From positions 1 through 52,187 of the forward strand of contig CAJQKG010000155.1 in assembly GCA_905478845.1 (NCBI GenBank): a stretch of 52,187 nt of DNA. The letters are read 5' to 3'. A model generated the notes under the pieces. The model saw only the letters and a list, made by a program, of their open reading frames with translations. It did not search any database and had not been told where the DNA came from. The stretch comes from an uncultured Luminiphilus sp. GTDB lineage: Bacteria; Pseudomonadota; Gammaproteobacteria; Pseudomonadales; Halieaceae. Made by a program: the position numbers and the translations under genes. The number at the start of each line of letters is the position of its first letter. The stretch's first letter is position 1. Shown piece by piece: positions 1-11,861 of this stretch.

Positions 1-2001
1 CAACCGGTTGAGCCGCTCAGTGGGGTTCTCGGCGTTCACCATGACCGACTCAAAGAAATCGTCCACCGGTGCCCGCAGTGTTGCCAGTTGTTCCAGTGCG
101 GCTCGATAGTCGCGCGCGTTGATCAGCGGTGTGAGCGCCTGTCCCGCATTGATAACGGCGTTGTGGAGGGTGTGCTCAGCCGGCTCTTGAAATAGCGATG
201 AATCGGGTGGCGCCACATCCTGTTCGCTGGTTTTAGCGAGTATATTGGCCACACGTTTGTTGGCAGCCGCGAGTTGCTGCGCCGTGTCGGTTTCGGCAAA
301 TGCGGCCAATGCTTTGATCCGCAGATCGATATCATGAAGATGCCGGCTTTCCACCGCCAATACGGCGCGCACCACCTCTACGTGAATAGATTGGCTTTCG
401 TACCAGCTATCGAGCCGTTCCAGCATGTAGTGCAAGACTTGATCGGCTGTATCGGGCGCCAAGGTCGCGCTGTGCTGAGCGCAGGCACTCTCCAACAGGC
501 TATCGAGGGATAAAGGACGATCACAGTCGATGAGCATTCGGATAATGGCTAATGCTGCGCGTCGAAGTCCAAAGGGATCTTTAGAGCCTGTTGGTGGCTG
601 ACCGACGCCAAAAATGCCGACTAATGTATCGAGGCGATCGGCCAAGGCCACTGCCGTCGCTTCCGGAGAGGAAGGCAAGGCGTCGCCGGCGAACCGCGGA
701 TAGTAATGCTCCTCGATAGCGTGAGCGACTCGATCCGGTTCACCGTCGTGCCGAGCATAATGTGCGCCGGCTATGCCCTGCAGTTCAGGAAACTCGAGCA
801 CCATCTCTGACACCAGATCGCATTTGGCGAGTGCTGCTGCGCGCGTGGTGACATCGTGGTCCGCGCCTGTGGCGTCAGCCAGTCTTGCCGCTAATGTTTC
901 CATGCGATGCGTCTTGTCGAGCAGACTCCCCAGCTGGCGTTGAAAGACGACACTACTGAGGCGGTCTTGCCTTGATGACAACGTCGAGCGCTTATCATTG
1001 GCAAAGAAAAAGGCGGCGTCGCTGAGTCGGGGCCGGATCACGCGTTCGTTGCCGGCGATGACCTCTGAGGGTTGTTGACTCTCGATATTGGCGACGGTGA
1101 TAAACGCAGGCAGCAGCGCACCGGTCTCCTGATCGGTGATATGAAAATACTTTTGGTGTGTTTTCATCGCGGAAATCAGTGCTTGAGAGGGCACGTCAAG
1201 GAAGCTTTTATCAAAGCTGCCGCGCAGTGCGACAGGCCATTCGACCAGACCGGTGACTTCACTGAGCAATTCCTGAGATAACGCAACTTGCTCCCCTTTA
1301 CCCTGGAGCTGAGATACTTGCTCTGCAACTCGCGCACGGCGCTCATCGACATCCGCTATCACCTTTGCTTGATGTAATGCTGCCGAGTAATCACGCGGCG
1401 CCGCAATACTCACCGAGTGGTTGGCGTGAAAACGGTGGCCCCTGCTTTCACGACCACTGCTTCGTCCAAATAGTTCAAGCGGGAGGATCGTGTCTCCCAG
1501 CAGGAGCACCAGCCATTGAACAGGTCGTAAAAAATCATACCGGGTGCGTCCCCAACGCATCCGCTTGGATACGGGCAGGGCGTTGACAGCGGCGCTGACG
1601 ATATCCGGGATAACGGACGCTGCCTCGACACCCACTTGGGCAATGTTGGCAACGATCCGTTCAACACCTTGTTCCTCCCTGACGACTAGGGCATCGAGGG
1701 TGACGCCTTGTTTGCGAGCGAATCCTTCAGCCGCCTTGGTCCAGCCGCCTGCTTCGTTGCGCGCGGCAGAGGCAGGCGGACCGACGACGGTCCGTTCGAT
1801 GTCGGGGCCTTTGAGTGTGACCTCGGTGATCAACACCGCCAGTCGGCGTGGGGTAGAGAAGCAATGGGCGTGCGCAAAAGGCAGTCCGTGCTCTGTTAAA
1901 CCATTCCTGATACCCGCTGACAAAGCTGTCACGAGTGGCTCAATCTCTCCCGCGGGCAGTTCTTCTGTTCCCAATTCAAAGAGCAAATCAGCGGTGCTCA
2001 T
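1..2001 (-). CDS. glyS: Glycine--tRNA ligase beta subunit (3' end runs off the window)
   Basis: Absent from the ORF track, consistent with the frame running off the window edge. Manual translation from ATG 2001 gives [16 protein letters not shown]...STPRRLAV...KRMRWG...[11 protein letters not shown]...[11 protein letters not shown] overlap with the glyQ stop. Confidence 0.97.
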   Translation of the reverse strand, partial: MSTADLLFELGTEELPAGEIEPLVTALSAGIRNGLTEHGLPFAHAHCFSTPRRLAVLITEVTLKGPDIERTVVGPPASAARNEAGGWTKAAEGFARKQGVTLDALVVREEQGVERIVANIAQVGVEAASVIPDIVSAAVNALPVSKRMRWGRTRYDFLRPVQWLVLLLGDTILPLELFGRSSGRESRGHRFHANHSVSIAAPRDYSAALHQAKVIADVDERRARVAEQVSQLQGKGEQVALSQELLSEVTGLVEWPVALRGSFDKSFLDVPSQALISAMKTHQKYFHITDQETGALLPAFITVANIESQQPSEVIAGNERVIRPRLSDAAFFFANDKRSTLSSRQDRLSSVVFQRQLGSLLDKTHRMETLAARLADATGADHDVTTRAAALAKCDLVSEMVLEFPELQGIAGAHYARHDGEPDRVAHAIEEHYYPRFAGDALPSSPEATAVALADRLDTLVGIFGVGQPPTGSKDPFGLRRAALAIIRMLIDCDRPLSLDSLLESACAQHSATLAPDTADQVLHYMLERLDSWYESQSIHVEVVRAVLAVESRHLHDIDLRIKALAAFAETDTAQQLAAANKRVANILAKTSEQDVAPPDSSLFQEPAEHTLHNAVINAGQALTPLINARDYRAALEQLATLRAPVDDFFESVMVNAENPTERLNRL

Positions 2002-2942
2002 GAGGTAGGCTCCTTCGCAGCGTTGAGTTGCGCTAATGCGGCGGCGGCAAGGTCAGGATCTGCCTGAGGGAAACCGAGAGCGGCTCTCGCGGCAACATAG
2101 GCTTCTGCTGCCGCTCTTGCCAGCGTGCGGACCCGTAAGATATAGCGTTGCCGCTCGGTCACGCCGATAGCGTGTCGCGCGTCCAACAAATTAAAGGTAT
2201 GAGATGCCTTCATCACTTGCTCATAGGCGGGGAGGGGTAGCTGCTTATCGGCTAAGCGGATCGCCTCCTGCTCATAAAAGGCGAACTGGGTGAATAAGTT
2301 CTCGACATCGGCCTCTACAAAATTAAACGTCGACATCTCCACCTCGTTTTGGTGGTAGACATCACCGTAGGTGACAGGCCCCGCAGGGGTCTCTGCCCAG
2401 ACGAGGTCATAGACTGATTCGACCCCTTGCAAATACATAGCGATTCGCTCGATGCCATAGGTCAGCTCGCCGGTTACCGGGTAGCATTCTAGTCCGCCCG
2501 CCTGCTGGAAATAGGTGAACTGGCTGACTTCCATGCCATTTAACCAGACCTCCCACCCTAAACCCCACGCGCCTAGCGTGGGTGACTCCCAGTTATCTTC
2601 AACGAAGCGTATATCGTGTATCAGCGGGTCTACACCCAGCGCATAAAGACTGCCCAGGTAAAGCGCTTGAAAATCGGATGGCGACGGCTTCATGACGACT
2701 TGGAACTGATAGTAATGTTGTAAACGGTTCGGGTTTTCGCCATAGCGACCGTCGGCAGGTCGCCGGCTGGGTTGCACGTATGCCGCATTCCAATTTTCTG
2801 GCCCCAATGCGCGTAAAAAGGTGGCGGGGTGAAACGTGCCTGCGCCCACTTCCATGTCCAGCGGTTGCAGCACAACGCAGCCGTGACCGGCCCAATAGTT
2901 CTGTAAGCGCAGGATGATATCTTGAAAAGTTGGGGGACCCAC
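1998..2942 (-). CDS. glyQ: Glycine--tRNA ligase alpha subunit
   Basis: [60 protein letters not shown]. Probable start GTG 2942; the track's extension to 3215 overlaps lpxL on the other strand. Confidence 0.98.
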   Translation of the reverse strand: MGPPTFQDIILRLQNYWAGHGCVVLQPLDMEVGAGTFHPATFLRALGPENWNAAYVQPSRRPADGRYGENPNRLQHYYQFQVVMKPSPSDFQALYLGSLYALGVDPLIHDIRFVEDNWESPTLGAWGLGWEVWLNGMEVSQFTYFQQAGGLECYPVTGELTYGIERIAMYLQGVESVYDLVWAETPAGPVTYGDVYHQNEVEMSTFNFVEADVENLFTQFAFYEQEAIRLADKQLPLPAYEQVMKASHTFNLLDARHAIGVTERQRYILRVRTLARAAAEAYVAARAALGFPQADPDLAAAALAQLNAAKEPTS

Positions 2943-3012
2943 GGGAAATAACCTAAAACGAAAGACAAGCATTAGTATAACTGCGTTGTGCGCGCCATAA
3001 TAAGCTTTCCCA

Positions 3013-3996
3013 ATGTGGATCTTACTGAGCCTTCGTATTGCTATGGCTGTGACATCAAAACCCGTTTGGCTGGAATGGACGGTGATCTCGCTCGTGAGAG
3101 TGTTGATGACTGTGACGCGAATCATTCCGATTCGTTGGTCACGAGCGTTCGGTAGGGGAGTGGGCAGTGTCTTGTACCGGTTCAATACGAGGATGCGCCG
3201 CGTCGCTATTCGCAATCTTGAACTGGCCTACCCTGACTGGGCCCCAGAGACCCGGCGGGCAGTGGCCCGTCAAAGCGTGCAATCGACGGCGGAATTAATG
3301 ACCGAAATTGGCCCGTTGTGGTCCCGTGCGTGGTCGACAACCTCTGCCATGTTAACGGTCGAGGGGGTTGAGGCAGTTACCGAGCCACTAGCCTCTGGCC
3401 GGGGTGTCATTGTGTTGGGCCCGCATTTGGGTAACTGGGAGTTGTTGGGGATGCACCTTGCGACGCTCGGAGATTTAGTTGCGCTGTATGAGCCCTTGGC
3501 GTTGACGAAGGTGGATCAACTCGTGCATCAAGGTCGACAGCGCACAGGGGGTCGGTTGGTCCCCACCACCCCACGCGGCATTGCCGAGCTGGTTCGGTCT
3601 GTTCGCCGCGGCGGTATTACGGGGATCTTGCCTGATCAGGTCCCTAAAGACGACAAGGCAGGACTCAATGCGCCTTTTTTTGGTGTGGATTGCTTTACTG
3701 CCACACTGGCCTACAACCTCATCAAGCGATCAGGTGCGGCGGCGGTTATGGGCACGGTGCTCCGCACCCCAACGGGCTTTCGCGCGATTTACCGGGCAAC
3801 CGAGAACGGCGTTTATAGCGATGACCCGTTGCAGGCTTTGACGGCAATCAACCGTGGGGTTGAGAATCTGATCGCCGGTAACGAAGCGCAATATCAGTGG
3901 CAGTACAAGCGGTTTCGTTGCCGTCCGCCCGGTCCGATCGATCATTACGATTGGCTCAATTCACCGCTTATCGATGAGATTAGGGTGTCACCATGA
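3013..3996 (+). CDS. lpxL: Lipid A lauroyl/myristoyl acyltransferase (LpxL/HtrB family)
   Basis: [38 protein letters not shown]. Start uncertain (3013 or 3043). Confidence 0.85.
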   Translation: MWILLSLRIAMAVTSKPVWLEWTVISLVRVLMTVTRIIPIRWSRAFGRGVGSVLYRFNTRMRRVAIRNLELAYPDWAPETRRAVARQSVQSTAELMTEIGPLWSRAWSTTSAMLTVEGVEAVTEPLASGRGVIVLGPHLGNWELLGMHLATLGDLVALYEPLALTKVDQLVHQGRQRTGGRLVPTTPRGIAELVRSVRRGGITGILPDQVPKDDKAGLNAPFFGVDCFTATLAYNLIKRSGAAAVMGTVLRTPTGFRAIYRATENGVYSDDPLQALTAINRGVENLIAGNEAQYQWQYKRFRCRPPGPIDHYDWLNSPLIDEIRVSP

Positions 3997-4814
3997 ATAG
4001 GATTATCGGCAAGTGCATAGCGGGTGCCATTGGTTTTTTTGCCTTTGGTCCTGCCGGCTTATTATTTGGTTTGGTGTTGGGCCACGCTTTTGATCGAGGC
4101 TTATGGCGCGCGTTGCAGTTGTCTGGCCCTGAAGCGATCCCCATGATGCGGACGCAGTTTTTTGAGACCACCTTCACCTTATTAGGATTCGTTGCCAAAG
4201 CGGACGGGCGGGTTTCGGAGGCCGAGGTGGCACAGACCGAATCGCTATTCATGCAACTCAGACTGACGGCGGTGCAACGCCGTAATGCGATTGATCACTT
4301 TAAGGCGGGGTCCTCGTCTGGTTTTGATCCCGCCCCGACGGTAGCGCGCTTCACCGAATGTTTAGGGCCGCGGAGGCAGGCGCAACATACGTTAATGGCA
4401 TTTTTGATCGGCATTGCCCTTGCCGACGGCACCTTTTCGGATCACGAGCGCGGGGCTTTGTATCAAGTGGCGGCGCTGCTCTCACTGCCACAACGTGAAG
4501 TGGATCAACTGATTTCAATGGCAAACGCGCAAGCACAGTTTCAGCAACGCCATTCATCACAGTCGGACTATCGCCGCTCTGGGCAGGGCAGCGCATCAAC
4601 CGCATTGCATACCGCTTACGCTGCGCTGGGTTTGCAAGCCGATGCCACCCCCGCGGAGATTAAGCGTCGATATCGAAAGTTGATGAGTGAAAACCACCCG
4701 GATAAATTGATCGCGGAGGGCGTGCCTGACGAGTTACTGCGGGTGGGTACCGAGCGGGCCCAAGAGATCACCGCTGCTTATGAGGTCATTCAAGAATCAC
4801 GAGGCTTAAAGTAG
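3993..4814 (+). CDS. djlA: Co-chaperone DjlA (N-terminal TM, TerB-like domain, C-terminal J domain)
   Basis: GLVLGHAFD, AKADGRVSEAE, J domain YRKLMSENHPDKL with the HPD motif. Confidence 0.93.
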   Translation: MNRIIGKCIAGAIGFFAFGPAGLLFGLVLGHAFDRGLWRALQLSGPEAIPMMRTQFFETTFTLLGFVAKADGRVSEAEVAQTESLFMQLRLTAVQRRNAIDHFKAGSSSGFDPAPTVARFTECLGPRRQAQHTLMAFLIGIALADGTFSDHERGALYQVAALLSLPQREVDQLISMANAQAQFQQRHSSQSDYRRSGQGSASTALHTAYAALGLQADATPAEIKRRYRKLMSENHPDKLIAEGVPDELLRVGTERAQEITAAYEVIQESRGLK

Positions 4815-4830
4815 CGGCGTGGGTCATCTA

Positions 4831-6279
4831 TCAATGACGCCAAAATGCGGGGGTGAATAACACCAGCAAGGTGAACACCTCTAATCGTCCCATGAGCATC
4901 GCTAGGCACAAGATCAATTTCCCTATTTCACTGACAGATCCGTAATCGCCGGATACTTCGCCCAAGCCGGGTCCTAAGTTATTCATGGTCGCGACAACGG
5001 CTGAAAACGCGGAAATAAAATCGAGATTAGTGGCCAGCAATGCCAGCCAAATCATGACAAAACAAAACATATAAACGGCGAAAAAACTCCAGACCGCGCT
5101 GATGACTTCTGTCTGGACTCTCCGCGCGTCCAGCTTGAGTGGAATAACGGCATTGGGGTGTAGGAGTTGCCGAAGTTCTCGCATACCTTGGCGGAATATC
5201 AGCAAGATTCGCATCGCCTTCATGCCGCCCCCTGTTGACCCGACGCACCCTCCCATAAAGCTCAGCATTAATAACAGGATGGGTAAAAACAGGGGCCATA
5301 CTGAGAAGTCTTGGGTGGTAAACCCTGTTGTTGTGGCGATGGAAACCGTTTGAAAAACGCCATGTATGAGGCTGTCTTCTACGCCCAGCGTTTCGGTAGT
5401 CAGTAACAAGCTGCAGGTGACGACGGTGGCGAGCGCGATCACGGTGATGAAAAAAGCGGTTTCGGAATCGCGCGCATAAACCCGCGCAGTACGGCGTTGC
5501 AATGCCACAAAGTGCAGGCCGAAATTGATCGCTGAGAACAGCATAAATAACGAACTCACTAACAAAATACCGTGTTCTTCGTAGTAACCTAAGCTCGCAT
5601 CGTGGGTCGAAAACCCGCCGATCGCGACCGTTGAAAAGGCATGACACAGCGCATCAAACGGCGACATCCCAGCGGCAAAGTAACTCAGTGCACACGCTAC
5701 GGTGAGCAGTAAATAGATACCAAAAAGCGCTTTTGCGGTGCTAGTAATGCGCGGTGTGAGCTTACGATCTTTGGAAGGTCCCGCACTTTCTGCACGGTAT
5801 AACTGCATGCCACCAATGCCTAGCATTGGGAGTATTGCCACGGCTAAAACGATAATGCCGATACCGCCCAGCCATTGGAGTAACTGCCGATAGAGCAAGA
5901 TTGACTGAGGCAGTGCATCGAGGCCCGTGATGACCGTTGCACCTGTCGTGGTTAGCCCCGATATCGATTCAAAAATAGCAGCGACGGGGGATAGGCTGAG
6001 CTGTGGTGTGATCCACAGGGGAATAGCGCCAAATAATCCTAGAACAATCCAAAATAAGGCGGTCACTAGAAAGCCATCGCGGATGTTGAGATCCCGACGC
6101 AGAAGCCGATTCGGCAGCCACAGCAGTATGCCTGCCGCCAGTGTTGCACCAAAGCCAATCGCAAAGGCCGATTCGATTCCGTCTTGGCTGACTAATGATA
6201 AAAACAGCGAGGGCAGCATTGCGCTGCTGAACAATATCAGCAGCACACCGATAATTTTGAAAGCCATCGCAAACTGCAT
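4831..6279 (-). CDS. trkH: Trk potassium uptake membrane protein
   Basis: FESISGLTTTGAT, LQWLGGIGII, GGCVGSTGGGMK, NNLGPGLG, MGRLE. Confidence 0.96.
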   Translation of the reverse strand: MQFAMAFKIIGVLLILFSSAMLPSLFLSLVSQDGIESAFAIGFGATLAAGILLWLPNRLLRRDLNIRDGFLVTALFWIVLGLFGAIPLWITPQLSLSPVAAIFESISGLTTTGATVITGLDALPQSILLYRQLLQWLGGIGIIVLAVAILPMLGIGGMQLYRAESAGPSKDRKLTPRITSTAKALFGIYLLLTVACALSYFAAGMSPFDALCHAFSTVAIGGFSTHDASLGYYEEHGILLVSSLFMLFSAINFGLHFVALQRRTARVYARDSETAFFITVIALATVVTCSLLLTTETLGVEDSLIHGVFQTVSIATTTGFTTQDFSVWPLFLPILLLMLSFMGGCVGSTGGGMKAMRILLIFRQGMRELRQLLHPNAVIPLKLDARRVQTEVISAVWSFFAVYMFCFVMIWLALLATNLDFISAFSAVVATMNNLGPGLGEVSGDYGSVSEIGKLILCLAMLMGRLEVFTLLVLFTPAFWRH

Positions 6280-7655
6280 TAGATAAAGCCAAAGCCCACT
6301 GCAAAAAGCTTTTCCACGGCGGAAATCTGCGTGCGGTCAGTCAAAAACAGAATCACGTGGTCGTTCGCTTCGACGACGACGTTGCCATGTGCAATTAACA
6401 CATCATCACCACGCAAAATGGCACCGACCGTGACACCTGATGGCAGTTTTAGTGCGTCAAGACGCTGGCCGACCACTTTAGAAGAGCGCGCATCACCGTG
6501 CGCCGTGAGTTCAATGGCTTCAGCCGCACCACGGCGAAGAGAGTGAACGGCGCTGATATCGCCGCGGCGAACATGTGCCAAGAGACTGCTGATGGTGATT
6601 TGCTGCGGTGAAATGGCGATGTCAATTTCTTCACCGATTAAATCCGCATAGGCTGAATTCGTGATCAGCGTGATGACTTTTTTAGCACCTAAGCGTTTGG
6701 CTAGCATCGACATCATGATATTGGATTCATCGTTATCGGTGAGCGCGCAAAACACATCGGTATTTTCAATGTTCTCCTGCCGCAACAGCATGGGTTCATT
6801 GCCACTGCCGTGTAACACGATGCTGTCCTCTAACAAATCCGATAGCGTTCGACATCTTTCATAGGATCGCTCAATTACTTTTACTTGATACTGCTTTTCC
6901 AGTCGACCCGCTAGCGTCGCACCGATGTTGCCACCGCCGGCAATCATGATGCGGTGATAGGGCTTATCGATGTCCCGTAGTTCGGCGGTGACCTCACGAA
7001 TATGTTCTCGCGCTGCGATAAAGAAGACTTCGTCATCCGGTTCGACAACGGTGGAGCCCTCTGGAATGATCGGGTCACCGAGACGCCGAAAAATAGCGGC
7101 AACCCGGGTATCCACTCGCGGCATGTGTTCGCGAATTTCTTGTAGCTCTCGACCGACAATGGGGCCTCCCTCCACCGCCCTGACTGCGACGAGCCGAATC
7201 CGGCCCTCGGCAAAATCAAGGACTTGAAGCGACCCGGGATTGGCAATGAGTTGCTCAATATTGCGGGTGACGAGCTGTTCCGGGCCAATGATTACATCAA
7301 CTGGAATGGCGCCAGAGGCGAACAAAGCGGTGTGCTTCGATAAATAGTCGGTAGACCTCACTCGACTGATTTTGGTCGGGGTGCGAAACAGCGTGAAGGC
7401 CACTGAACAGGCCAGCATGTTGATTTCATCGCTATCGGTGACTGCGATGAGCATATCGGCATCGTCAGCACCTGCGTTCATGAGCGTTGAGGGATGGGCG
7501 CCGTTACCTAATACCGTGCGGATATCCAGCCGCTCTTGCAGCCGCTTCAGCGTCGCCGCCCGTTCGTCGACAACGGTAATATCGTTTTGCTCGTCGGCGA
7601 GGTGCTCTGCGAGCGTCCCCCCCACCTGACCTGCTCCGAGGATAATGATTTTCAT
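6279..7655 (-). CDS. trkA: Trk potassium uptake NAD-binding protein
   Basis: 458 aa with two RCK-N Rossmann motifs (GAGQVG, GGGNIG) and SLRRGAAEAIE. Confidence 0.97.
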   Translation of the reverse strand: MKIIILGAGQVGGTLAEHLADEQNDITVVDERAATLKRLQERLDIRTVLGNGAHPSTLMNAGADDADMLIAVTDSDEINMLACSVAFTLFRTPTKISRVRSTDYLSKHTALFASGAIPVDVIIGPEQLVTRNIEQLIANPGSLQVLDFAEGRIRLVAVRAVEGGPIVGRELQEIREHMPRVDTRVAAIFRRLGDPIIPEGSTVVEPDDEVFFIAAREHIREVTAELRDIDKPYHRIMIAGGGNIGATLAGRLEKQYQVKVIERSYERCRTLSDLLEDSIVLHGSGNEPMLLRQENIENTDVFCALTDNDESNIMMSMLAKRLGAKKVITLITNSAYADLIGEEIDIAISPQQITISSLLAHVRRGDISAVHSLRRGAAEAIELTAHGDARSSKVVGQRLDALKLPSGVTVGAILRGDDVLIAHGNVVVEANDHVILFLTDRTQISAVEKLFAVGFGFI

Positions 7656-7752
7656 CGACCCCTGGGCCCTCTCAGCGACTCGAGCACACCTTAAACTATG
7701 TCAAACCCACCACGCCATGTGGATTACTCACGTTGCGGGTGATGCGAGGTGA

Positions 7753-9045
7753 TTAATCTGCCGGTTTGCACAGTAACGAAAAGTAGAGACCGTCACCCCC
7801 TTCTACCTCGGGCATCACTTGCCAACCACAGTCCCGCGCGATGCCTCGCTCCATCACAATCGGCGTGATATCAACGTTGTGTTGTTGAGTAAATGCTTTG
7901 ACGACGCCATCGTTTTCAGCATCGAGTATTGAGCAGGTCACGTAGAGCAGTCGTCCGCCTGGTTTTAACGCCGGCCATAGCCCTTGCAAAATAGCTAACT
8001 GTTGTTCCGCAAACTGACTGATATCAGCCGCTCGGCGCAAGATTTTGATGTCTGGATTGCGGCGCATCACACCCGTGGCCGAGCAAGGCACATCTGCCAA
8101 AATGGCATCGAACCCCGGCGATGACAGGTTAGCAGGTAGCGCGCGCGCGTCTGCTTCGACAACGGTTGGGTTTAGGCCCAGCCGTTTGCTGTTTTCCACA
8201 ATCCGCTGCAAACGACTCGGACTCGCATCACAAGCGACTAACTCTTTCAGGCCGGGTTGGCGCTCTAAGAGGTGGCAGGCTTTTCCACCGGGTGCTGCGC
8301 AGGCATCAAGAATCCGCTCACCGGGCTGCGGGTTGATGAGATCAACGACGCGTTGTGCCGCGCCGTCCTGAACACTGACTAGCCCATCGGAAAAGCCTGG
8401 CAGGGCCGTCACATCAACGGGTTGTTGCAGCGTAATACCATTACACAGATGATCGAGGGGGTGAGCCGAAAGCCCAGCGTCTGTTAATAAGCTGAGGTAA
8501 GCGTCTCGTTCGCTGTGGATTTGATTGACGCGGAGTGTCATGGGGGGGCGGTGACGTGATGCCTCCGCAATGGCCTCTAAGTGGTCGTTGTATTCTTGCC
8601 CAATCACCGTATCAAGCCAGCTCGGTAACGCTCTCCGTTGCGCTGGCGCCAAGTCGATAGCAGATAGTGACTCCGCGCGCTGAAAGGACCGCAAAACGCC
8701 GTTGACCAATCCGGATGCCCACTGTTTTTTCATGAGGCGAACGGTGTTGACGGTTTCTGAAACTACGGCATGCTTTGGGGTGCTGAGTTGAGTGAATTCG
8801 TACAGCGCGCTGCCGAGTAAGGCGAGCACGTCATGATCTTTTTTTCGAAGTGGTTTTTTGACAAAGCGGTCGATAATGCCCTGAAGCATGGGCCACTCTC
8901 TGAGCGTACCGTAGACTAATTCCTGACACAGTGGCCTCTGGCCGTCAGCGACTGCATCCAATGCCGCCGGGAGTAGCTGATTCAAAGACTCCCCATTCAG
9001 AACACGACCGATGATGTCGGCTGCCACTTGGCGCGCGCTAGACAT
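7753..9045 (-). CDS. rsmB: 16S rRNA m5C967 methyltransferase
   Basis: NusB-like N-terminus, VQDGAAQ, LDACAAPGGK, DVPCSATGV, YVTCSI. Start probably ATG 9045 (track: 9063). Confidence 0.96.
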   Translation of the reverse strand: MSSARQVAADIIGRVLNGESLNQLLPAALDAVADGQRPLCQELVYGTLREWPMLQGIIDRFVKKPLRKKDHDVLALLGSALYEFTQLSTPKHAVVSETVNTVRLMKKQWASGLVNGVLRSFQRAESLSAIDLAPAQRRALPSWLDTVIGQEYNDHLEAIAEASRHRPPMTLRVNQIHSERDAYLSLLTDAGLSAHPLDHLCNGITLQQPVDVTALPGFSDGLVSVQDGAAQRVVDLINPQPGERILDACAAPGGKACHLLERQPGLKELVACDASPSRLQRIVENSKRLGLNPTVVEADARALPANLSSPGFDAILADVPCSATGVMRRNPDIKILRRAADISQFAEQQLAILQGLWPALKPGGRLLYVTCSILDAENDGVVKAFTQQHNVDITPIVMERGIARDCGWQVMPEVEGGDGLYFSLLCKPAD

Positions 9046-10009
9046 GATCGACTTGGCCGGCAAAGGCGAATCGCTTGCCAGGCGTTAGTTTGTCTTGATG
9101 GCCATTCAGCAGCGTTGTCACGGTTTGTGGTGTGCCGCCGGGCATTTGCGCCTCCGTAATGACGAGCACACCCTTTCCACAGGCGACGCTCAGCCCGTCG
9201 CTATTGGCGCTCATAATCTCACCGGTGGCAGCACCGTGCGACTGATGAAGGGCGTGTGCCGCCCACACCTTAAATCGATCACCGTTTAGCAACGTATAGC
9301 AGCCGGGTGAGGGCAGTAGCGCACGGACTTTACGATCGATATCAACGGCGCTGAGACTCCAGTCGATGGCGGTTTCGGCTTTATCGATCTTCCTTGCATA
9401 AGTCACCTGTTGTTCGTCCTGCACTTGTGCGGTTAGGAGTCGCGACGCAATGTCCATGAGACAGTCCGTGAGCGCTTGTGTCCCTACCCCCTCAAGATCG
9501 GCCAGCAGTGTGCCGGCGGTATGGTCGCCGGTAATAGTGACTTCGCGACGCAACAGGACGGGTCCTGTGTCAAGGCCGGGCTCCATCATCATAATGCTGA
9601 CCCCGGTTTTACGATCCCCAGCCTCGATGGCTCGTTGCACTGGCGCCGCGCCGCGCCATCGAGGCAATAGCGATGCATGAACATTAATACAGCCGATACG
9701 AGGTATCGCCAATATGCCTGCAGGTAACATCAATCCGTAGGCGACGACTACCATGACATCCGCACCGTAAGAGGCTAGTTGTGCCTCGCTTGCCGGATCT
9801 TTCAGCGTGTCAGGTTGCCAAAGTGGAATGCCTGCGGCGAGCGCCACTGATTTGACAGCGGATGGCTGAAGTCGTTTACCACGACCTGCGCGCCGATCTG
9901 GCTGGGTCAACACAGCGACGATGCGATGGGGCCCTTTTATCAGGTAGGTGAGATGCGCTGCGGCAAATTCAGGCGTGCCTGCAAAAATGATATTGAGTGG
10001 CGAGGTCAT
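9038..10009 (-). CDS. fmt: Methionyl-tRNA formyltransferase
   Basis: FAGTPEFA, INVHASLLPRWRGAAP, GLDTG. Confidence 0.98.
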   Translation of the reverse strand: MTSPLNIIFAGTPEFAAAHLTYLIKGPHRIVAVLTQPDRRAGRGKRLQPSAVKSVALAAGIPLWQPDTLKDPASEAQLASYGADVMVVVAYGLMLPAGILAIPRIGCINVHASLLPRWRGAAPVQRAIEAGDRKTGVSIMMMEPGLDTGPVLLRREVTITGDHTAGTLLADLEGVGTQALTDCLMDIASRLLTAQVQDEQQVTYARKIDKAETAIDWSLSAVDIDRKVRALLPSPGCYTLLNGDRFKVWAAHALHQSHGAATGEIMSANSDGLSVACGKGVLVITEAQMPGGTPQTVTTLLNGHQDKLTPGKRFAFAGQVDHV

Positions 10010-10519
10010 CTAGTCGTCGCGACGCTTTTGATCTTTAACCAGTTTGCCGCGAATGCGTTGCCGCTTTAATGCCGAGAGGTAGTCGACGAATAGCTTTCCC
10101 TCAAGGTGATCGATCTCGTGTTGCAGGCAGATAGCCATTAGGCCGTCTAGCTCCTCAGTAAAGGGATGCCCGTCGCGATCCAAGGCGTTCACAGCAACGA
10201 TTTTGGGACGCTGAACTGTTTCATAAAAACCCGGCACGGATAGACAACCTTCGTCATAGGAACCTAAATCCTCGTCAATCACGGTGATCTCTGGGTTGAT
10301 GAAGACCCGTGGAGCTGAGTGGTCATCGGATAAGTCTATGACGATGATGCGCTCGTGCACATCGACTTGGCTGGCTGCCAACCCGATCCCGGGTGCGGCA
10401 TACATGGTCTCGAACATATCATCGATCAGCCTTTGGATACGCTCAGTGACTTGGTCCACGGGTAGTGCCCGTGTGCGCAGTCTTGGGTCAGGAAATTCGA
10501 GGATTTGAAGTAGCGCCAT
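10010..10519 (-). CDS. def: Peptide deformylase
   Basis: [22 protein letters not shown] motifs. Confidence 0.98.
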   Translation of the reverse strand: MALLQILEFPDPRLRTRALPVDQVTERIQRLIDDMFETMYAAPGIGLAASQVDVHERIIVIDLSDDHSAPRVFINPEITVIDEDLGSYDEGCLSVPGFYETVQRPKIVAVNALDRDGHPFTEELDGLMAICLQHEIDHLEGKLFVDYLSALKRQRIRGKLVKDQKRRDD

Positions 10520-10724
10520 GCTGGGTGATTCCGGTTCGAAGCGTGTTCGTCAGCGTAGAAAAGTGTTCGGATTTGGTCTTGCCCTGTGCTCGACAGCCTC
10601 GCACACTGACAGTATACCGCGATGGCACTGATCTGCATGGATTGCAGATGGGGTGCTTCTCAACGGATTGAGCCGCGCGGAATCCAATGGAGTGGAAGCC
10701 TTGGCAAAAAGCAAACGGATTGCG

Positions 10725-11783
10725 ATGCTGCAACAGAAAGTCGGGCGCCTAGGGCGTGCTGGCTTGTTGATGACCCTACTCATGCCAATCGGGCGGCTCG
10801 ACGCGGCGCCCGCGGACCCACCGTTGGTGCTGAACACGAATGCGCCCGAGCACTACACCGTGCAGGCCGGCGATACGTTATGGGGTATTGCATCCCTGTT
10901 TTTGCGAGATCCATGGCAGTGGCAAGATCTGTGGGTGAGCAATGAACACATAGAAGACCCTCACGCGATCGAGCCTGGCGATGTCTTGAGCCTTGTTTGG
11001 CAGCATGAAACGCCGACACTTCAAGCAGCAGAGCAAGGCGATGTGACGTTATCGCCGACTCTGCGTCGCGGCCCGCTGCAGGCGGCCATACCCGCTATTC
11101 CTCAAGCACAAATTGCCCCTTTTTTGCGGCAGCATCGCGTGGTGGAGTCTGCCGCGCTAGCGCGCGCCCCGTATGTGGTGGCGAGTGACGCAGGCCGGCT
11201 CCTCAGTAGCGTTGGGGACACCCTCTACAGCACGGGTCTTGAACGCAACACAGGCACCTATCACTTGGTGCGGCAGGTCGCGGCGCTGAGTGACCCGCTG
11301 ACAGAGGAGGATCTCGGTATCTTTGCGAGTGATATTGGACGGGCCAGCGTAAACAGCGGACTGAGTTCAGAGGGCCTGAGTGCGCTGGTGGTGACGCAAG
11401 CGCGACAAGAAATTCGTCTGGGCGATCGCCTTTTGCCTGCCGAGGAGGAAATGGTTCAAGCGGCGTATCACCCCCAGGTGCCTGCCGTGTTGATTGACAA
11501 TGCACAAATGATTGCAGTGGCCAGCGGTATGGCGCAGATCGGCGCACTGGACATTGTTGCGATCAATCGTGGCGCACGAGAGTCGTTGCGCAAGGGCGAT
11601 GTACTGGTGATTCAGCAACGATTGCCCCCAGTAGAGGACCCGTTGACGGCCGAGTCTGTGCACCTGCCCGATCGTCGGGCCGGGGTGTTAATGGTTTTTG
11701 CCGTGTTTGAGCGTGCCAGCTTTGGGCTGGTGATGGAGGCCAGCCGGCCGTTAGCGGTCGGCGACACCCTGAGGAATCCTTAA
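10725..11783 (+). CDS. LysM peptidoglycan-binding protein (TsaP-like, secretin-associated)
   Basis: YTVQAGDTLWGIASLFLRDPWQW...IEPGD LysM domain, in the conserved position divergent from def and upstream of dprA. Start uncertain (10653-10770). Confidence 0.85.
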   Translation: MLQQKVGRLGRAGLLMTLLMPIGRLDAAPADPPLVLNTNAPEHYTVQAGDTLWGIASLFLRDPWQWQDLWVSNEHIEDPHAIEPGDVLSLVWQHETPTLQAAEQGDVTLSPTLRRGPLQAAIPAIPQAQIAPFLRQHRVVESAALARAPYVVASDAGRLLSSVGDTLYSTGLERNTGTYHLVRQVAALSDPLTEEDLGIFASDIGRASVNSGLSSEGLSALVVTQARQEIRLGDRLLPAEEEMVQAAYHPQVPAVLIDNAQMIAVASGMAQIGALDIVAINRGARESLRKGDVLVIQQRLPPVEDPLTAESVHLPDRRAGVLMVFAVFERASFGLVMEASRPLAVGDTLRNP

Positions 11784-11861
11784 TACAGCCGATCTCAGCA
11801 TTACTCGCTGGTGCAGTGTGGTATTCGAACAGGGTTGTAGTTCGTAGATTGAGGAGCTTTT

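Noticed and set aside
1-2001. Only short ORFs in the track, suggesting a pseudogene or frameshifted glyS
   Set aside because: Manual translation from ATG 2001 stays in one open GlyS frame over the part I read; the gene simply runs off the window. The short ORFs are shadow frames.
2943-3215. 91-aa N-terminal extension of GlyQ
   Set aside because: It is antisense to lpxL and not GlyQ-like; an ORF-caller artefact.
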